In this document: one piece after another, positions 1 through 9,557 of the stretch | How positions within the stretch are numbered: the first letter of the stretch is position 1 | How the letters are laid out: every line of letters starts with the position of its first letter | Origin: Clostridia bacterium | Lineage (GTDB): Bacteria; Bacillota; Clostridia; Oscillospirales; CAG-382 | Length of the DNA stretch: 64,000 nucleotides | Direction of reading: 5' to 3' | Assembly (NCBI GenBank): GCA_017625615.1 | Contig: JAGAKP010000064.1 | Location: forward strand, 608-64,607 | The notes under the pieces: model-generated | Database searches by the model: none | Told to the model about the DNA's origin: nothing | What the model saw: the letters and a program-made list of their open reading frames with translations, nothing else | Translations under genes and position numbers: made by a program

Positions 1-2798
1 TCATCGGCGGGAGGCAAATATCCTTCCCTTTCTCCCTTGGCGCGGGTGACGGTCATATCCTCCGCGGCAACGGACAAAAATCTGCAGTATGGGGTGTCCT
101 GCCTTTCGGTGGCACGGCATATCCAGTCTGCGTGGCATCTGCCGGTACGCATATCTCCGTCAAGATCGGAAAATTCCTCGCATTTGGCGGTAATATACAG
201 TCTTTCTCTCGCTCGGGTAAGGGCTACGTAAAGCTTTCTCGCTTCCTCTGCGGTCTGGTCGCGGGTCTCCTTTATCAGCAGACTGTCGGTTACGCAGTTG
301 TTTTTGGTAAGCATACCGTTGTGCTGTGAAAACTTCACGCCGATACCGTCCTTGCGCAGGACGAAATCACCGCTGTCCCGCAGACGGAACTCTCTGTCCG
401 TATCGGCGATAAACACCACGGGAAACTCCAGTCCCTTGGAGCGGTGTATGGTCATCAGCTTTACGGTGTTTCCGCCGTCGTCGGGTGCCTTTGCCTCCTC
501 AAGGGTTTCGGTCTCCTCAAGATATTTCAAAAAGGCGCTCAGTCCCTTGTATGAGCTTTCCTCGTATCTGCGGGCGTAATCGTACAAAAGCATAAGGTTG
601 CGGTAACGCTTTTCGCCGCTTTCCTCGGCAAGCACCGCGGGAATAATACCGCTTTCGTTGTATAACTGCCATATAGATCTGTGGGCGGGCGTACCCTCGG
701 CGGATATCCTCCACAAATGTATTTTCGTAAGCAGTCCCTTGCATTTTCCGCTTATATCACGGCTTATATAGCCGCTTTCCGCCTTAACTATTCTTTGGGG
801 AATGGGAGTAGCACCCAATACCGAGGGGAAGGGACGGTAGCTTTTTCCCTTTTCGCGGTCCTCCCGCCAAGCCTTTGCCGCGCCGAGCACGCAATCGTAA
901 AGACAATCGCTTTTAACGCTTCGGCGTATCTTTAACATTTCGTCGGCGGTAAAGCCGAATAGGGGCGAGCGCATTACTGCCGCAAGGGGAATATCTGCAG
1001 TGGGGTTATCCACCGCCTTAAGTGCGCTTACGGCAAGGAGAATTTCCTGCCTGTCCAAAAGATTTTCGCTTTTTTCCGCACGGCAGGGGATACCCGCCTT
1101 TTCAAACACCTCGGTGAACACCGAAATATTGCTTTTGAGTGCTGTAAACAGCAACGCTATATCGCCGTAGCATATAGGCGTGCCGTCGTTTTTGGGCTTG
1201 CCGATAAGCGAAATTATTTCCTTTGCTATGTACTTTGCCTCCGCTGTCTGCTTTTCCTCGGCGGTCATTTCCTTTCCGCCCGTTACGGCGGTAAAGGTGA
1301 CGGGAGTATCGCCCGTGTTTTCGTTTTTGGCAAAAATAAGGGATTCCTCACCGTAATTCATTTGCTTGCAAAGCTGTGGGATACCCAAAAATACTTGGTT
1401 GCAAAAGCTTATAATGCTTTCATCACAGCGGAAGTTTTCCCGCAGTATCACCTTTTTGCTTTTGCTTCCTTCCTTTCCGTAGGTGTTGCAGTATCCTCTG
1501 AAAATATCGGGATGCGCGCTTCGGAAACGGTATATGCTCTGCTTTACGTCACCTACCATAAAGCGGTTGTCACCCGAAAGCAGAGTGAAAATTCTGTCCT
1601 GCAAGGGGTTCGTGTCCTGATATTCGTCAACGTAAATTTCGTCAAAGCCCTCACGCATATCAAGGCAAAGCTGCGTAGGGTTACCGTCCTTTTCAAGAAG
1701 TGACAGCATCAGATGCTCCTGGTCGGAAAAATCTATAACGCCGTTTTTCCTTTTGGCGGAATCGTATATATCCTCAAATTCCTTTAAAAATTCCTTTGCC
1801 GCCTTTATAAGACGAAGGCTCGTTTTCATATCCTCAATATGGGTTTCGGATGAAAAGAGAAAATATCTGCCTCGTATCGCCTTTATTTCGTCGAATATCT
1901 TGTTTTTGTATTGGGCTATGTATTCCTTTTCCTCGGGACTGTTAAAGCCCTTTAAGGGGAAGCGTGGGTTTTTAAGCGCGTTTATGCTTTCCTTAACGGC
2001 ACCGTAGCCTGCGGGGAAAAGGGATAAGGTGTCGTCAAGGTCCTCCGTAAATCCGTACAGCGCGGGAAGGAATACGCTTTCTCCCGCATCCTCGGCGTAG
2101 CGGCTCAAAAGCTCGCTTTCTTTTCTGGCGGTAAGCAGACATTCTCTTGCCTCGTTCATAATTACGGCGCATACGTCGGTGTCCTCGTAGCGGGGCTTTT
2201 GGCAGTCCTCTTCAAGGGATGCGATAAGGGTATCCAGAAACTCCCACGGATGGGGATATACCCGCAGTGACTTGTACATTCCAAGCATGGCGTCGGCAAA
2301 CCGCTTGTCGCTTTTTCTGCCCGAAAAAGCGTCTGCCAACAGCATAAAGCCCTCTTCTTCCTTTTCATAGCCTTGGTTAAGTGCTTTTTCCATGCTTTCG
2401 GCAAGGAGAAGGTTTGCTTCCGTTTCGTCTGCGGCGCGTATATCGGGAGTTATACCCAAAAGGGAAAAAGACCTTTTTATACGGGAAAAGCAAAATGCGT
2501 GTACCGTGGATATATCTGCGCCGGGCAGTGACATCAATTGTCTTGCAATATGTCTGTCGGCGGGGTTTTGCGCCTGCGCCTTCATCAGACCCTTGTACAG
2601 CTTTTCTCTCACGTCGGATGCGGCGGCTTTGGTAAAGGTCACTATAAGGTAACGGTTAATGTCCCTTCCGTCAAGTATGGAGCGGAGTATACGCTCGGTC
2701 ATAACGGTGGTCTTTCCGCTTCCCGCACCGGCGGAAACCACTATACTTACGTTTTTGGTTTCGATAGCCGCTTGCTGTGACGGTGTGAAATTTGGCAT
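1..2798 (-). CDS. addA: ATP-dependent helicase/nuclease subunit A (AddA). About 932 N-terminal codons are present; the 3' end runs off the window.
   Basis: The minus-strand frame is open from ATG at 2796-2798 to the window edge. It is absent from the ORF track because no stop lies in the window. My translation starts MPNFTPSQQAAIETKNVSIVVSAGAGSGKTTVM (UvrD-type Walker A) and later contains VDEYQDTNPLQ. It lies directly downstream of addB, as in Firmicute addBA operons. Confidence 0.85.
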   Translation of the reverse strand, partial: MPNFTPSQQAAIETKNVSIVVSAGAGSGKTTVMTERILRSILDGRDINRYLIVTFTKAAASDVREKLYKGLMKAQAQNPADRHIARQLMSLPGADISTVHAFCFSRIKRSFSLLGITPDIRAADETEANLLLAESMEKALNQGYEKEEEGFMLLADAFSGRKSDKRFADAMLGMYKSLRVYPHPWEFLDTLIASLEEDCQKPRYEDTDVCAVIMNEARECLLTARKESELLSRYAEDAGESVFLPALYGFTEDLDDTLSLFPAGYGAVKESINALKNPRFPLKGFNSPEEKEYIAQYKNKIFDEIKAIRGRYFLFSSETHIEDMKTSLRLIKAAKEFLKEFEDIYDSAKRKNGVIDFSDQEHLMLSLLEKDGNPTQLCLDMREGFDEIYVDEYQDTNPLQDRIFTLLSGDNRFMVGDVKQSIYRFRSAHPDIFRGYCNTYGKEGSKSKKVILRENFRCDESIISFCNQVFLGIPQLCKQMNYGEESLIFAKNENTGDTPVTFTAVTGGKEMTAEEKQTAEAKYIAKEIISLIGKPKNDGTPICYGDIALLFTALKSNISVFTEVFEKAGIPCRAEKSENLLDRQEILLAVSALKAVDNPTADIPLAAVMRSPLFGFTADEMLKIRRSVKSDCLYDCVLGAAKAWREDREKGKSYRPFPSVLGATPIPQRIVKAESGYISRDISGKCKGLLTKIHLWRISAEGTPAHRSIWQLYNESGIIPAVLAEESGEKRYRNLMLLYDYARRYEESSYKGLSAFLKYLEETETLEEAKAPDDGGNTVKLMTIHRSKGLEFPVVFIADTDREFRLRDSGDFVLRKDGIGVKFSQHNGMLTKNNCVTDSLLIKETRDQTAEEARKLYVALTRARERLYITAKCEEFSDLDGDMRTGRCHADWICRATERQDTPYCRFLSVAAEDMTVTRAKGEREGYLPPAD

Positions 2799-2816
2799 AG
2801 GTCTTTCTCCTTTCTT

Positions 2817-5800
2817 TTATTTTTTACGGCAGAACGGCTTGTATTCGCAATATCTGCAGGAGTTTATATTTCCGTCCTTTATGGGGTCTATGCACATATC
2901 GCCGGATATAAGTCTGTCGCCCATTTTGCGTACCGTGTCGGTAAGCTGTTCCTTAAGGGCGTCGAACTCCTCAAGTGTTTTTGCAGAGGTACCCCTTGCG
3001 GAAACGGTGCCATCCTTGTTTAATCTCACGGGGATGAACACTCCGCCTCCCTCCGCCTCCATAGCGCGGATGACCTCGGGGTCCGCAAGGACGAGCCCGC
3101 TTTTTTTAATGCTTTTTACCGCCGCCTCGTCAACGTCGGTATATTCCTTTTCGCCGTCTAATTTCGGCGCGGATGCGGGCATATACAAAACTCCCGCAGG
3201 CAAGGTGTTACCCGTTTTATCGGCGGCACAGCAGGCAAACAGATACATAAGCATCTGCAGATCAAGCCCCTTTTCCACCTTGTCCATGGAAAACTTCTTT
3301 TCTCCCGTTTTGTAGTCGATTACGCGGAGATACGTCTTTCCGTCTATAACGCAGGTGTCGGCACGGTCAACAATACCGCGCAATCGTACCGTTCCCTTTT
3401 GGGTGGGTATCTCCACGGCGGGAAGATCGCCCATACCTATCTTTATTTCAAATCCACTTGGCGCAAAGGCACTTTGCGCAAACTCTGCGGATATGTTTTT
3501 AATAATAAGATTAAGCGTTTTCTTGAACCGCTTTACCGCGTAGGAAAACCTCTTGTCCTGCGCGTATTCGCCTGCCACGGAAAGAATATAGCTTTCCGTA
3601 AGACGGTCCACCTCGGCGGCTGTTTCTTTTTCGGAAAGGGGAGTGAATACCCCGTCGGCAGTCCGCGCGGAAACGAATTCCTCAAGTATACTGTGTACGA
3701 ATGTGCCTATCTCGGGGGCGGCAAAGGCGGCTTTTTTATCCTCTCTCAGCTTTAACAGATACCGCGCAAAGAACGAGAAGGCGCAGGAGGCGTATTTGTC
3801 CGTTCGGCTGGGGGTAAGGGATATTATATTTTCCTCCATATCCACGTAAGCCTCGGGCAGGTAGATGGGCAGGGTGTCCTCCGCCTTCAGGAAGGGCGCC
3901 AGCTCCTCTTTAATATAAGGATTGGTTATTCCCCCCGCCATTCTTTTTGCGGCGGGAAGACAGTACAGCTTGTCCTCCTCCTTTTCGCCGAAGTGAGTGT
4001 CCGTAATTCCGAAAAGCTCCTTTAAGCGCATGACCGCAACTGACGGACGCAACGACGCTCCGCCGAGATCGCCTCTCGGGTAGGTTACGTACAGCCTTTC
4101 AGACGGCGCGGCAACGGAAGCGGTAAAATAAAACCGTTCCTCGGAAAGCTGTCGGAAAAGGGGAAGGGCAATTTCTATTCCCGCCTCTTCAAGCAGCTCG
4201 GTCTCTTTTTCATCAAAGAGAGTGCCGCCACGTACGGTTTTGGGAAATTCTCCGTCGGTAACTCCCATCAGTATGCAGGCACGGCAGTTTTCCGCGCGTA
4301 TGAGCCCCGCGTTGCCCACCGTAACGCTGTCGTTAACGGGAGGGATCGCGCCTACCTTGCGGGCGGTTATCATAAGCATAAGATAACGGTACAGCCCCTC
4401 GGCAGTCACCTTTTCATCACCGCAAACGTCGGTAAGACGGTCGAAAATATCTATCAAGGTGTCCCATATCTGTGCAAGGATATCGCTTTCCCGCTTCTTG
4501 CCCGCGTCCATAAGTCCACGCGCCCGCGCAAGGAGACGCTTGTCCGCACCTGCGTCAATAAGCAGGTTATACAACGCCTCCACACCGCTTTTCACCGTAA
4601 GGTCGGGTGAGGTCAGCGTTTCAAAGGCGGGCAGGAGTATATTCATCATTTTATCTCTTGCCTTGTTTACCGCTTCAAGGGTGTGTGCGGAATGGTCGGT
4701 GATACCGTTTACGTATCCCTCGGGATTCATCATCCATACCCTTCCGTCATACCACCGCTTTCCCCGTATCGCCCAGGTATCGGCGTAACGGGAAAGCAGG
4801 TCTCTTTCCCTTACGGTAAGAGCGCAAAAGCTGTTTTTTATGTATCTTCTCACGCTTGGAGGCGCAAAATCCGTGGCGGCTATCTCAAGGGCAGACAGCA
4901 CGAAAGCAACTATAGGCTTCGTGGCAAGCTCGTCCTTTACTGACATATAGCAGGGTATCCCGTCGGATGCAAACACCGTGTCTATAACTCCGTCGTATTT
5001 TTCCGCACCTGCGGTTATAACGGTTATATCGCGGTAGCGGTAGCCCTCACGTATAAGGGAATGTATAATACTGCTTACCGCCGACGCCTCCCCGAATATA
5101 TCCGAAGCGGAGATTATCCTTATTTCATCTGCTTTTCCTTCGTACGGAAGTGCAGACGCATCCCATAAAAAGTCCTGCGCGTATTCAATACACTTTGCTT
5201 TAGCCCGCTTGTTGTCGCCCATGACCGTATCGTCGCTTTTTTGGGCGTATTCCTTAAGTGCTTCGGCACAAAGGGTGGTCTCGCGGTACAATTCGGGATC
5301 CTCGCCGATGATAAAGGAAATATACGTTTCCTTGGCGGAATCGAGTATTATTTTTATTATTTCGGTTTCCTGCGCGGTGTAGGTGTAGCAGCTGTCTATG
5401 AATACTGCCTTGTTTTCAAAAAATCTCGGCGTGTCCTCCCGCAGCGCAAGATGGGTAAGCCCGTCGTCGGGGTCCCGCAGACCTGCGGGCGTACGGGTTT
5501 CGTATTCCTTAAGTATTATTGCAATATCCTTTATTTTTGCCTTAAGTCTCGGCGCGGAAATGTTTTCCGACGCCTTTTCAAGCCTTTCCCTTGTAATTCC
5601 CCGCATTTTAAGGCCCGTTACAAGGTCGCCCGCTTTTTTTATAAAATCCTTGTCGTTGCTCAAAAGCGAGTATTCGGTAAGCTCGTCCTTTACCGCGTTT
5701 ATGGCAGAGGCAAGAAGCACGTTTCTGCTGCCCTTGTCCATATATACGCCGGTAAGCCCGCCGTATTCGCGGGAAATGCGGTTTGGCAGACGCTCAAAGT

Positions 5801-5987
5801 TAAGCACCTCGCAGTACATATTAAAGGTGTCACCCAGCGCAGAGGAAAGCTTGCGCTCGTAGGCTACCGATTGCTGCTCGGGTACGATAACTATGCATTG
5901 CTGCCTTGCGGATATGCACTCTCTTATTCTGTTTATAATATATTCGGTCTTTCCGCTTCCGCTTTTTCCTATAATACGGTGCAGCAC
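2817..5987 (-). CDS. addB: ATP-dependent helicase/nuclease subunit B (AddB)
   Basis: 1056 aa. N-terminal P-loop GKSGSGKT. The C-terminal nuclease region ends with CRYCEYKPFC (CxxCxxxxxC), the AddB Fe-S cysteine pattern. It is adjacent to addA. Confidence 0.85.
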   Translation of the reverse strand: MLHRIIGKSGSGKTEYIINRIRECISARQQCIVIVPEQQSVAYERKLSSALGDTFNMYCEVLNFERLPNRISREYGGLTGVYMDKGSRNVLLASAINAVKDELTEYSLLSNDKDFIKKAGDLVTGLKMRGITRERLEKASENISAPRLKAKIKDIAIILKEYETRTPAGLRDPDDGLTHLALREDTPRFFENKAVFIDSCYTYTAQETEIIKIILDSAKETYISFIIGEDPELYRETTLCAEALKEYAQKSDDTVMGDNKRAKAKCIEYAQDFLWDASALPYEGKADEIRIISASDIFGEASAVSSIIHSLIREGYRYRDITVITAGAEKYDGVIDTVFASDGIPCYMSVKDELATKPIVAFVLSALEIAATDFAPPSVRRYIKNSFCALTVRERDLLSRYADTWAIRGKRWYDGRVWMMNPEGYVNGITDHSAHTLEAVNKARDKMMNILLPAFETLTSPDLTVKSGVEALYNLLIDAGADKRLLARARGLMDAGKKRESDILAQIWDTLIDIFDRLTDVCGDEKVTAEGLYRYLMLMITARKVGAIPPVNDSVTVGNAGLIRAENCRACILMGVTDGEFPKTVRGGTLFDEKETELLEEAGIEIALPLFRQLSEERFYFTASVAAPSERLYVTYPRGDLGGASLRPSVAVMRLKELFGITDTHFGEKEEDKLYCLPAAKRMAGGITNPYIKEELAPFLKAEDTLPIYLPEAYVDMEENIISLTPSRTDKYASCAFSFFARYLLKLREDKKAAFAAPEIGTFVHSILEEFVSARTADGVFTPLSEKETAAEVDRLTESYILSVAGEYAQDKRFSYAVKRFKKTLNLIIKNISAEFAQSAFAPSGFEIKIGMGDLPAVEIPTQKGTVRLRGIVDRADTCVIDGKTYLRVIDYKTGEKKFSMDKVEKGLDLQMLMYLFACCAADKTGNTLPAGVLYMPASAPKLDGEKEYTDVDEAAVKSIKKSGLVLADPEVIRAMEAEGGGVFIPVRLNKDGTVSARGTSAKTLEEFDALKEQLTDTVRKMGDRLISGDMCIDPIKDGNINSCRYCEYKPFCRKK

Positions 5988-5993
5988 TGTGTT

Positions 5994-6563
5994 TCACTCC
6001 TTTGTAAGAAAGCCCATCCATTCAAGTATTTTAAATCTGAATTTATATTTTACCTTGTCCGTTTTCGTAAATACGTTTGCCTCGTCCTCGGTCATGCCCG
6101 TGTCCTCAAGTGCGTTTTGCGCGGTGGCAGAGGAAAGGCACAACGGGGGAAACAGCACGCACCACCAGTTTTGCCCCTCGCCGCTTCCTATAATAAGGCG
6201 CAGTGAGGTGTATGTCCCTGCGGGGAACATCACCCCGTCGTATTGGCGGGTATCGTAGTATTCCTTGCCGTATTCGGCGCGCACGCTTTCAACGCCCTCA
6301 ACCGTACTTGCAATACGTATCATTTCCCTTTCAAGGGTCTCCACGTCGGTAATGGTGTCCAGATATACGCTGTTTTGTATAATGGCGTCTCTCACCGCCA
6401 GCTTTACGTTCTGGTCGTATTCCGAATCGCTGTTGGCAAGTATGTGCAGCCTTACGGTGGTATCGTATATGCTTTTTTCACCTCTCGGCATGGCAACGTC
6501 GGATACGGTGACGGTCAGCACCACCGCGGCAATACATAAAAACAGCTTTAATTTTGTTATCAT
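5994..6563 (-). CDS. spoIIR: Stage II sporulation protein R
   Basis: 189 aa with a signal/TM segment, then VRLHILANSDSEYDQ and GEGQNWWCVLFPPLC. Both are hallmark SpoIIR blocks; B. subtilis has RLRILANSDS and GANWWCVLFPPLC. Confidence 0.85.
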   Translation of the reverse strand: MITKLKLFLCIAAVVLTVTVSDVAMPRGEKSIYDTTVRLHILANSDSEYDQNVKLAVRDAIIQNSVYLDTITDVETLEREMIRIASTVEGVESVRAEYGKEYYDTRQYDGVMFPAGTYTSLRLIIGSGEGQNWWCVLFPPLCLSSATAQNALEDTGMTEDEANVFTKTDKVKYKFRFKILEWMGFLTKE

Positions 6564-6683
6564 ATTTCTTTTCCTTCCTTTCGCCTTGATTATGGACCGA
6601 AAGAAAGGGGTATATACAAATTTTACACCAATAAGGGTTTGCAGTCAAGGACAAAATGAGGAACTCAGAACGATAAACGAGAA

Positions 6684-6722
6684 AACCACCCCAAGAAACC
6701 TTTGGTTTCTCGGGGACCCCGG
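6684..6722 (-). repeat. REP-like hairpin element, diverged copy (sense orientation on the minus strand)
   Basis: The reverse complement reads CCGGGGTCCCCGAGAAACCAAAGGTTTCTTGGGGTGGTT. Architecture matches the 59076 and 44350 units. There is a compensatory AAGCC/GGCTT to AAACC/GGTTT change in the stem. Confidence 0.7.
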
Positions 6723-6817
6723 AATGAGAAACGAGGAACGAGAAATTATGGTTGGTTTTTGTCCGCAGGACAAAAACCTTCCGAACCTTTTCACTATTAA
6801 CTTTTACCTTAAAAATT

Positions 6818-6844
6818 TCTCCCCGAAAAATTTTTTCGGGGAGA
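6818..6844 (-). terminator. Intrinsic terminator hairpin downstream of the 6869..7186 gene
   Basis: TCTCCCCGAAAAA/TTTTTTCGGGGAGA is a perfect inverted repeat flanked by A/T runs. Confidence 0.6.
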
Positions 6845-6868
6845 AAAGGTGGTGCGTAACAAACCGTT

Positions 6869-7186
6869 TCAAACTACTTTTTCATATTTGCAATAACACG
6901 CAATTCCGTTTTCGTCAAAAGTGATCATAAAATATTCCGGCGGAGTTGTGCCGAGATAGCCTGTTTTTGCTTCGGAGATCAGGTACCCGCAAGCGCAATT
7001 ACGGTACAAGCCGTCCTCGCCCAGTTTACCTTGCGGTCTATCGAACTCGCCGTATTTTTCGATTATTTCGGCAGACGTTAAACCGATAATGTCATCCTCT
7101 TTGAAGCGTCTTCCGCTACAACCGAAAAGAGAAAATATTACAGCAAAAATTAATAATAATAAAAGGGACTTGTTTATGTTTTTCAT
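6869..7186 (-). CDS. Small lipoprotein, function unknown
   Basis: 105 aa. Signal peptide with lipobox LFGC. AAGGAG RBS upstream of the ATG. Confidence 0.6.
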   Translation of the reverse strand: MKNINKSLLLLLIFAVIFSLFGCSGRRFKEDDIIGLTSAEIIEKYGEFDRPQGKLGEDGLYRNCACGYLISEAKTGYLGTTPPEYFMITFDENGIACYCKYEKVV

Positions 7187-7259
7187 TTTATTTCTCCTTA
7201 AATATTATTTTGTTGTTGGGAAGCGCATAATGCCCTATTGCACTATGCGCGCTATTTAC

Positions 7260-7304
7260 GGGGTCCCCAAGAAGCTGAAAAGGCTTTTTGGGGTGTTAAT
7301 TATT
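7260..7304 (+). repeat. REP-like hairpin element, diverged copy
   Basis: GGGGTCCCCAAGAAGCTGAAAAGGCTTTTTGGGGTGTTAATTAT shares both flanks and the stem core with the other copies. Confidence 0.65.
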
Positions 7305-7483
7305 ACCGTACACTCTTGCGTATGCCCGCGAAGGGCGGGTTTTGTGATAACGTATACGCATAAATCGTCCTTCTTTTCAATGTTGTAAGGGCTCGTTTTA
7401 TCCCTCCACTATATAAGTGTTCAAAAGGAGCAAAACGTCTATAAAAAAGTTTAAATAACTGTAAATATTTTCCTTCAAATAAA

Positions 7484-7511
7484 TGATAACATATACACGT
7501 ATATGTTGTCA
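7484..7511. promoter_or_regulatory. 28-nt near-perfect palindrome; candidate operator with no assigned regulator
   Basis: TGATAACATATACACGTATATGTTGTCA. 12 of 14 half-site positions are self-complementary. It sits in a 514-bp non-coding gap. Confidence 0.35.
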
Positions 7512-7700
7512 ATACGCGCAATTGTTAAAACACTGTGAATATATCGCGATTTTTGAAGACAGCCAAAAACGGAGCGTTAAACCGTCCTTTGCAGTTTGAT
7601 ATTTGCCGCGCCTTTTTAAATTTTAACCCAAATTCACTTGACAAATTTGCCCAAATGGTGTTTACTGTAAAGAGAATATTTACAGAGGTGTATTTTTAAA

Positions 7701-8165
7701 ATGATCATACGCAATTCCGTTAAAGGAATTATTATTAAAGGAAACAAGCTGTTGGTTGCCGAAATGGAAAACAACGGTACCTATTATACTCTCCCCGGCG
7801 GAAAGCAGCATCCCGACGAGCTTATTTTCGATACGTTAAAGCGTGAAATGGCAGAGGAAGCGGGATACGTTATCGAGCCCAAGGAGATAATGTTCATCCG
7901 CGAGACCTTCGAGGGCGAGGAAACGCACCGCGTTGAGTTTATGGTGCGTTGCGAGATAGTCGGCGAGATCGAAAATAACGTCTTCAAGTACGACGATTAT
8001 CAGGTCGGCACAAAATGGCTGAACATAGACAACATTTCCGCAGAGCCCCTTTATCCTCTTGAGATACGCCGTCTTATAAAAAATCATTATCTCGGCAAAT
8101 CCGCTGACGTTTATCAGGGCGTTATGAATCAGCGTTCGGTATCCTTCGGTAAAAACGATAAATAA
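7701..8165 (+). CDS. NUDIX hydrolase
   Basis: 154 aa. Complete Nudix box GKQHPDELIFDTLKREMAEEAGY (Gx5Ex7REUxEExGU). Confidence 0.85.
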   Translation: MIIRNSVKGIIIKGNKLLVAEMENNGTYYTLPGGKQHPDELIFDTLKREMAEEAGYVIEPKEIMFIRETFEGEETHRVEFMVRCEIVGEIENNVFKYDDYQVGTKWLNIDNISAEPLYPLEIRRLIKNHYLGKSADVYQGVMNQRSVSFGKNDK

Positions 8166-8173
8166 AAACCCTT

Positions 8174-8213
8174 TTCCGCCGAGAAATATATTTGCTCGGC
8201 GGAAGTTTGTTTG
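8174..8213 (+). terminator. Intrinsic terminator after the NUDIX gene
   Basis: TTCCGCCGAG-loop-CTCGGCGGAA followed by GTTTGTTTG. Confidence 0.7.
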
Positions 8214-8226
8214 TAAGGAGTTATAT

Positions 8227-9483
8227 ATGAAAAAGCTTTTACTCTTTATTCTGTCTTTTTCTCTTCTGCTTTGCGCCTGCACTCCCGAGGAGGGCGTATC
8301 CGAAACCGTTTCGGATACCGTTTCCGAGGAAAGCGAGGCGTTCACGCCCGCTCCTCTGGATAATTCAATGCTGGTGGTATTCGGAGATTCCATTACCGCG
8401 CTTGGCTCTTGGGGAAAGTCCGTTGCCGAAAAATGCAATATGCGCTTTTTCAACGGCGCAAAGGGCGGCATAACCAGCGCAGAGGGGCTTGCCCGCTTCG
8501 ATACCTTCGTGGCGTCCCGCTCGCCCGATTACGTTACTCTTTGCTTCGGTATGAACGACCTGCTTATGACTGCACCCAACACCCCCAAGGTCACTCCCGA
8601 GCAGTTTAAGATCAATATGAAAAAACTGGTGGAAAAAACGGTGGCAATAGGTGCCGTTCCCATACTCCTTACCACCAATTCCATAGATTACGCCAAGTTT
8701 TATGCGGCGCAGGGACAGACCGAATCTATGTACGGCGGACGGGATATAAAGGAATGGGTAAATACCTATAACGAAATGACCCGTCAGGTGGCTGCCGAAA
8801 CGGGATATCCTCTTATCGACCTCTTTGCCCAATGCTCTCTCCATCCCGAAACGCAGATAGTATGCTCCGACGGAATACATCTGGGTGACCTCGGCAACCG
8901 CATTTTCGTTGAGCAGATAAGTGCTTATCTTTTGGAAAATTTCCCCTCCGATCCCGAAGCGCCCAAGGTGAACTACGATAATTCCGTAACCCTTTCCTCG
9001 GGCGAAGATGCATCCCTTATTTCCTTTGAAAAGGATATGTGGTACGTTGAGGGAAGCACTATGACGATAACCGGCGGTGAAAAGCTGGTTATGAAAAACA
9101 CCAACGGCTTGTGGCCCGATGCGCAGTATTCCCTTACCGAGGGTGTAAAGGTGCCCGTGGCGGATGCGGTGCTTACCGTCCGCCTTTCCACCGCCAACGT
9201 AAACACCAGTGTTATTCTTTATCTTGACGGTGCCTATCCCCACGCCTACAGCGAAGGACAGTACGTTATCATAAATCCCTTCCTGAACTGCGATACCGAT
9301 TCTTATACCGGCGATATCCTTGCAAATCAGACCATAGACGTGGAGATACCGCTTTCATCCCTTAACATATCTTCCTCCTGCATACACGACGGATACGTTG
9401 TTTTTTCGGGCGTGAAGATATACGTTGCAGGCACATCCTTTCAGCCCGTTACGGTGGAGGAAATGTCGGTTTACGTTAAATAA
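8227..9483 (+). CDS. Lipoprotein with an N-terminal SGNH/GDSL hydrolase domain and a C-terminal beta-rich domain
   Basis: 418 aa. Lipobox LLCAC. SGNH blocks VVFGDSIT, GMNDL and DGIHL. Confidence 0.75.
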   Translation: MKKLLLFILSFSLLLCACTPEEGVSETVSDTVSEESEAFTPAPLDNSMLVVFGDSITALGSWGKSVAEKCNMRFFNGAKGGITSAEGLARFDTFVASRSPDYVTLCFGMNDLLMTAPNTPKVTPEQFKINMKKLVEKTVAIGAVPILLTTNSIDYAKFYAAQGQTESMYGGRDIKEWVNTYNEMTRQVAAETGYPLIDLFAQCSLHPETQIVCSDGIHLGDLGNRIFVEQISAYLLENFPSDPEAPKVNYDNSVTLSSGEDASLISFEKDMWYVEGSTMTITGGEKLVMKNTNGLWPDAQYSLTEGVKVPVADAVLTVRLSTANVNTSVILYLDGAYPHAYSEGQYVIINPFLNCDTDSYTGDILANQTIDVEIPLSSLNISSSCIHDGYVVFSGVKIYVAGTSFQPVTVEEMSVYVK

Positions 9484-9489
9484 AACAAC

Positions 9490-9527
9490 AATCACCCCAA
9501 GAAGCCATTGGCATCTTGGGGTGATTC
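9490..9527. repeat. REP-like hairpin element, symmetric variant, between convergent genes
   Basis: AATCACCCCAAGAAGCCATTGGCATCTTGGGGTGATTC. Confidence 0.7.
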
Positions 9528-9557
9528 TTTGCATTTTATTCAATTATATTATATTGC

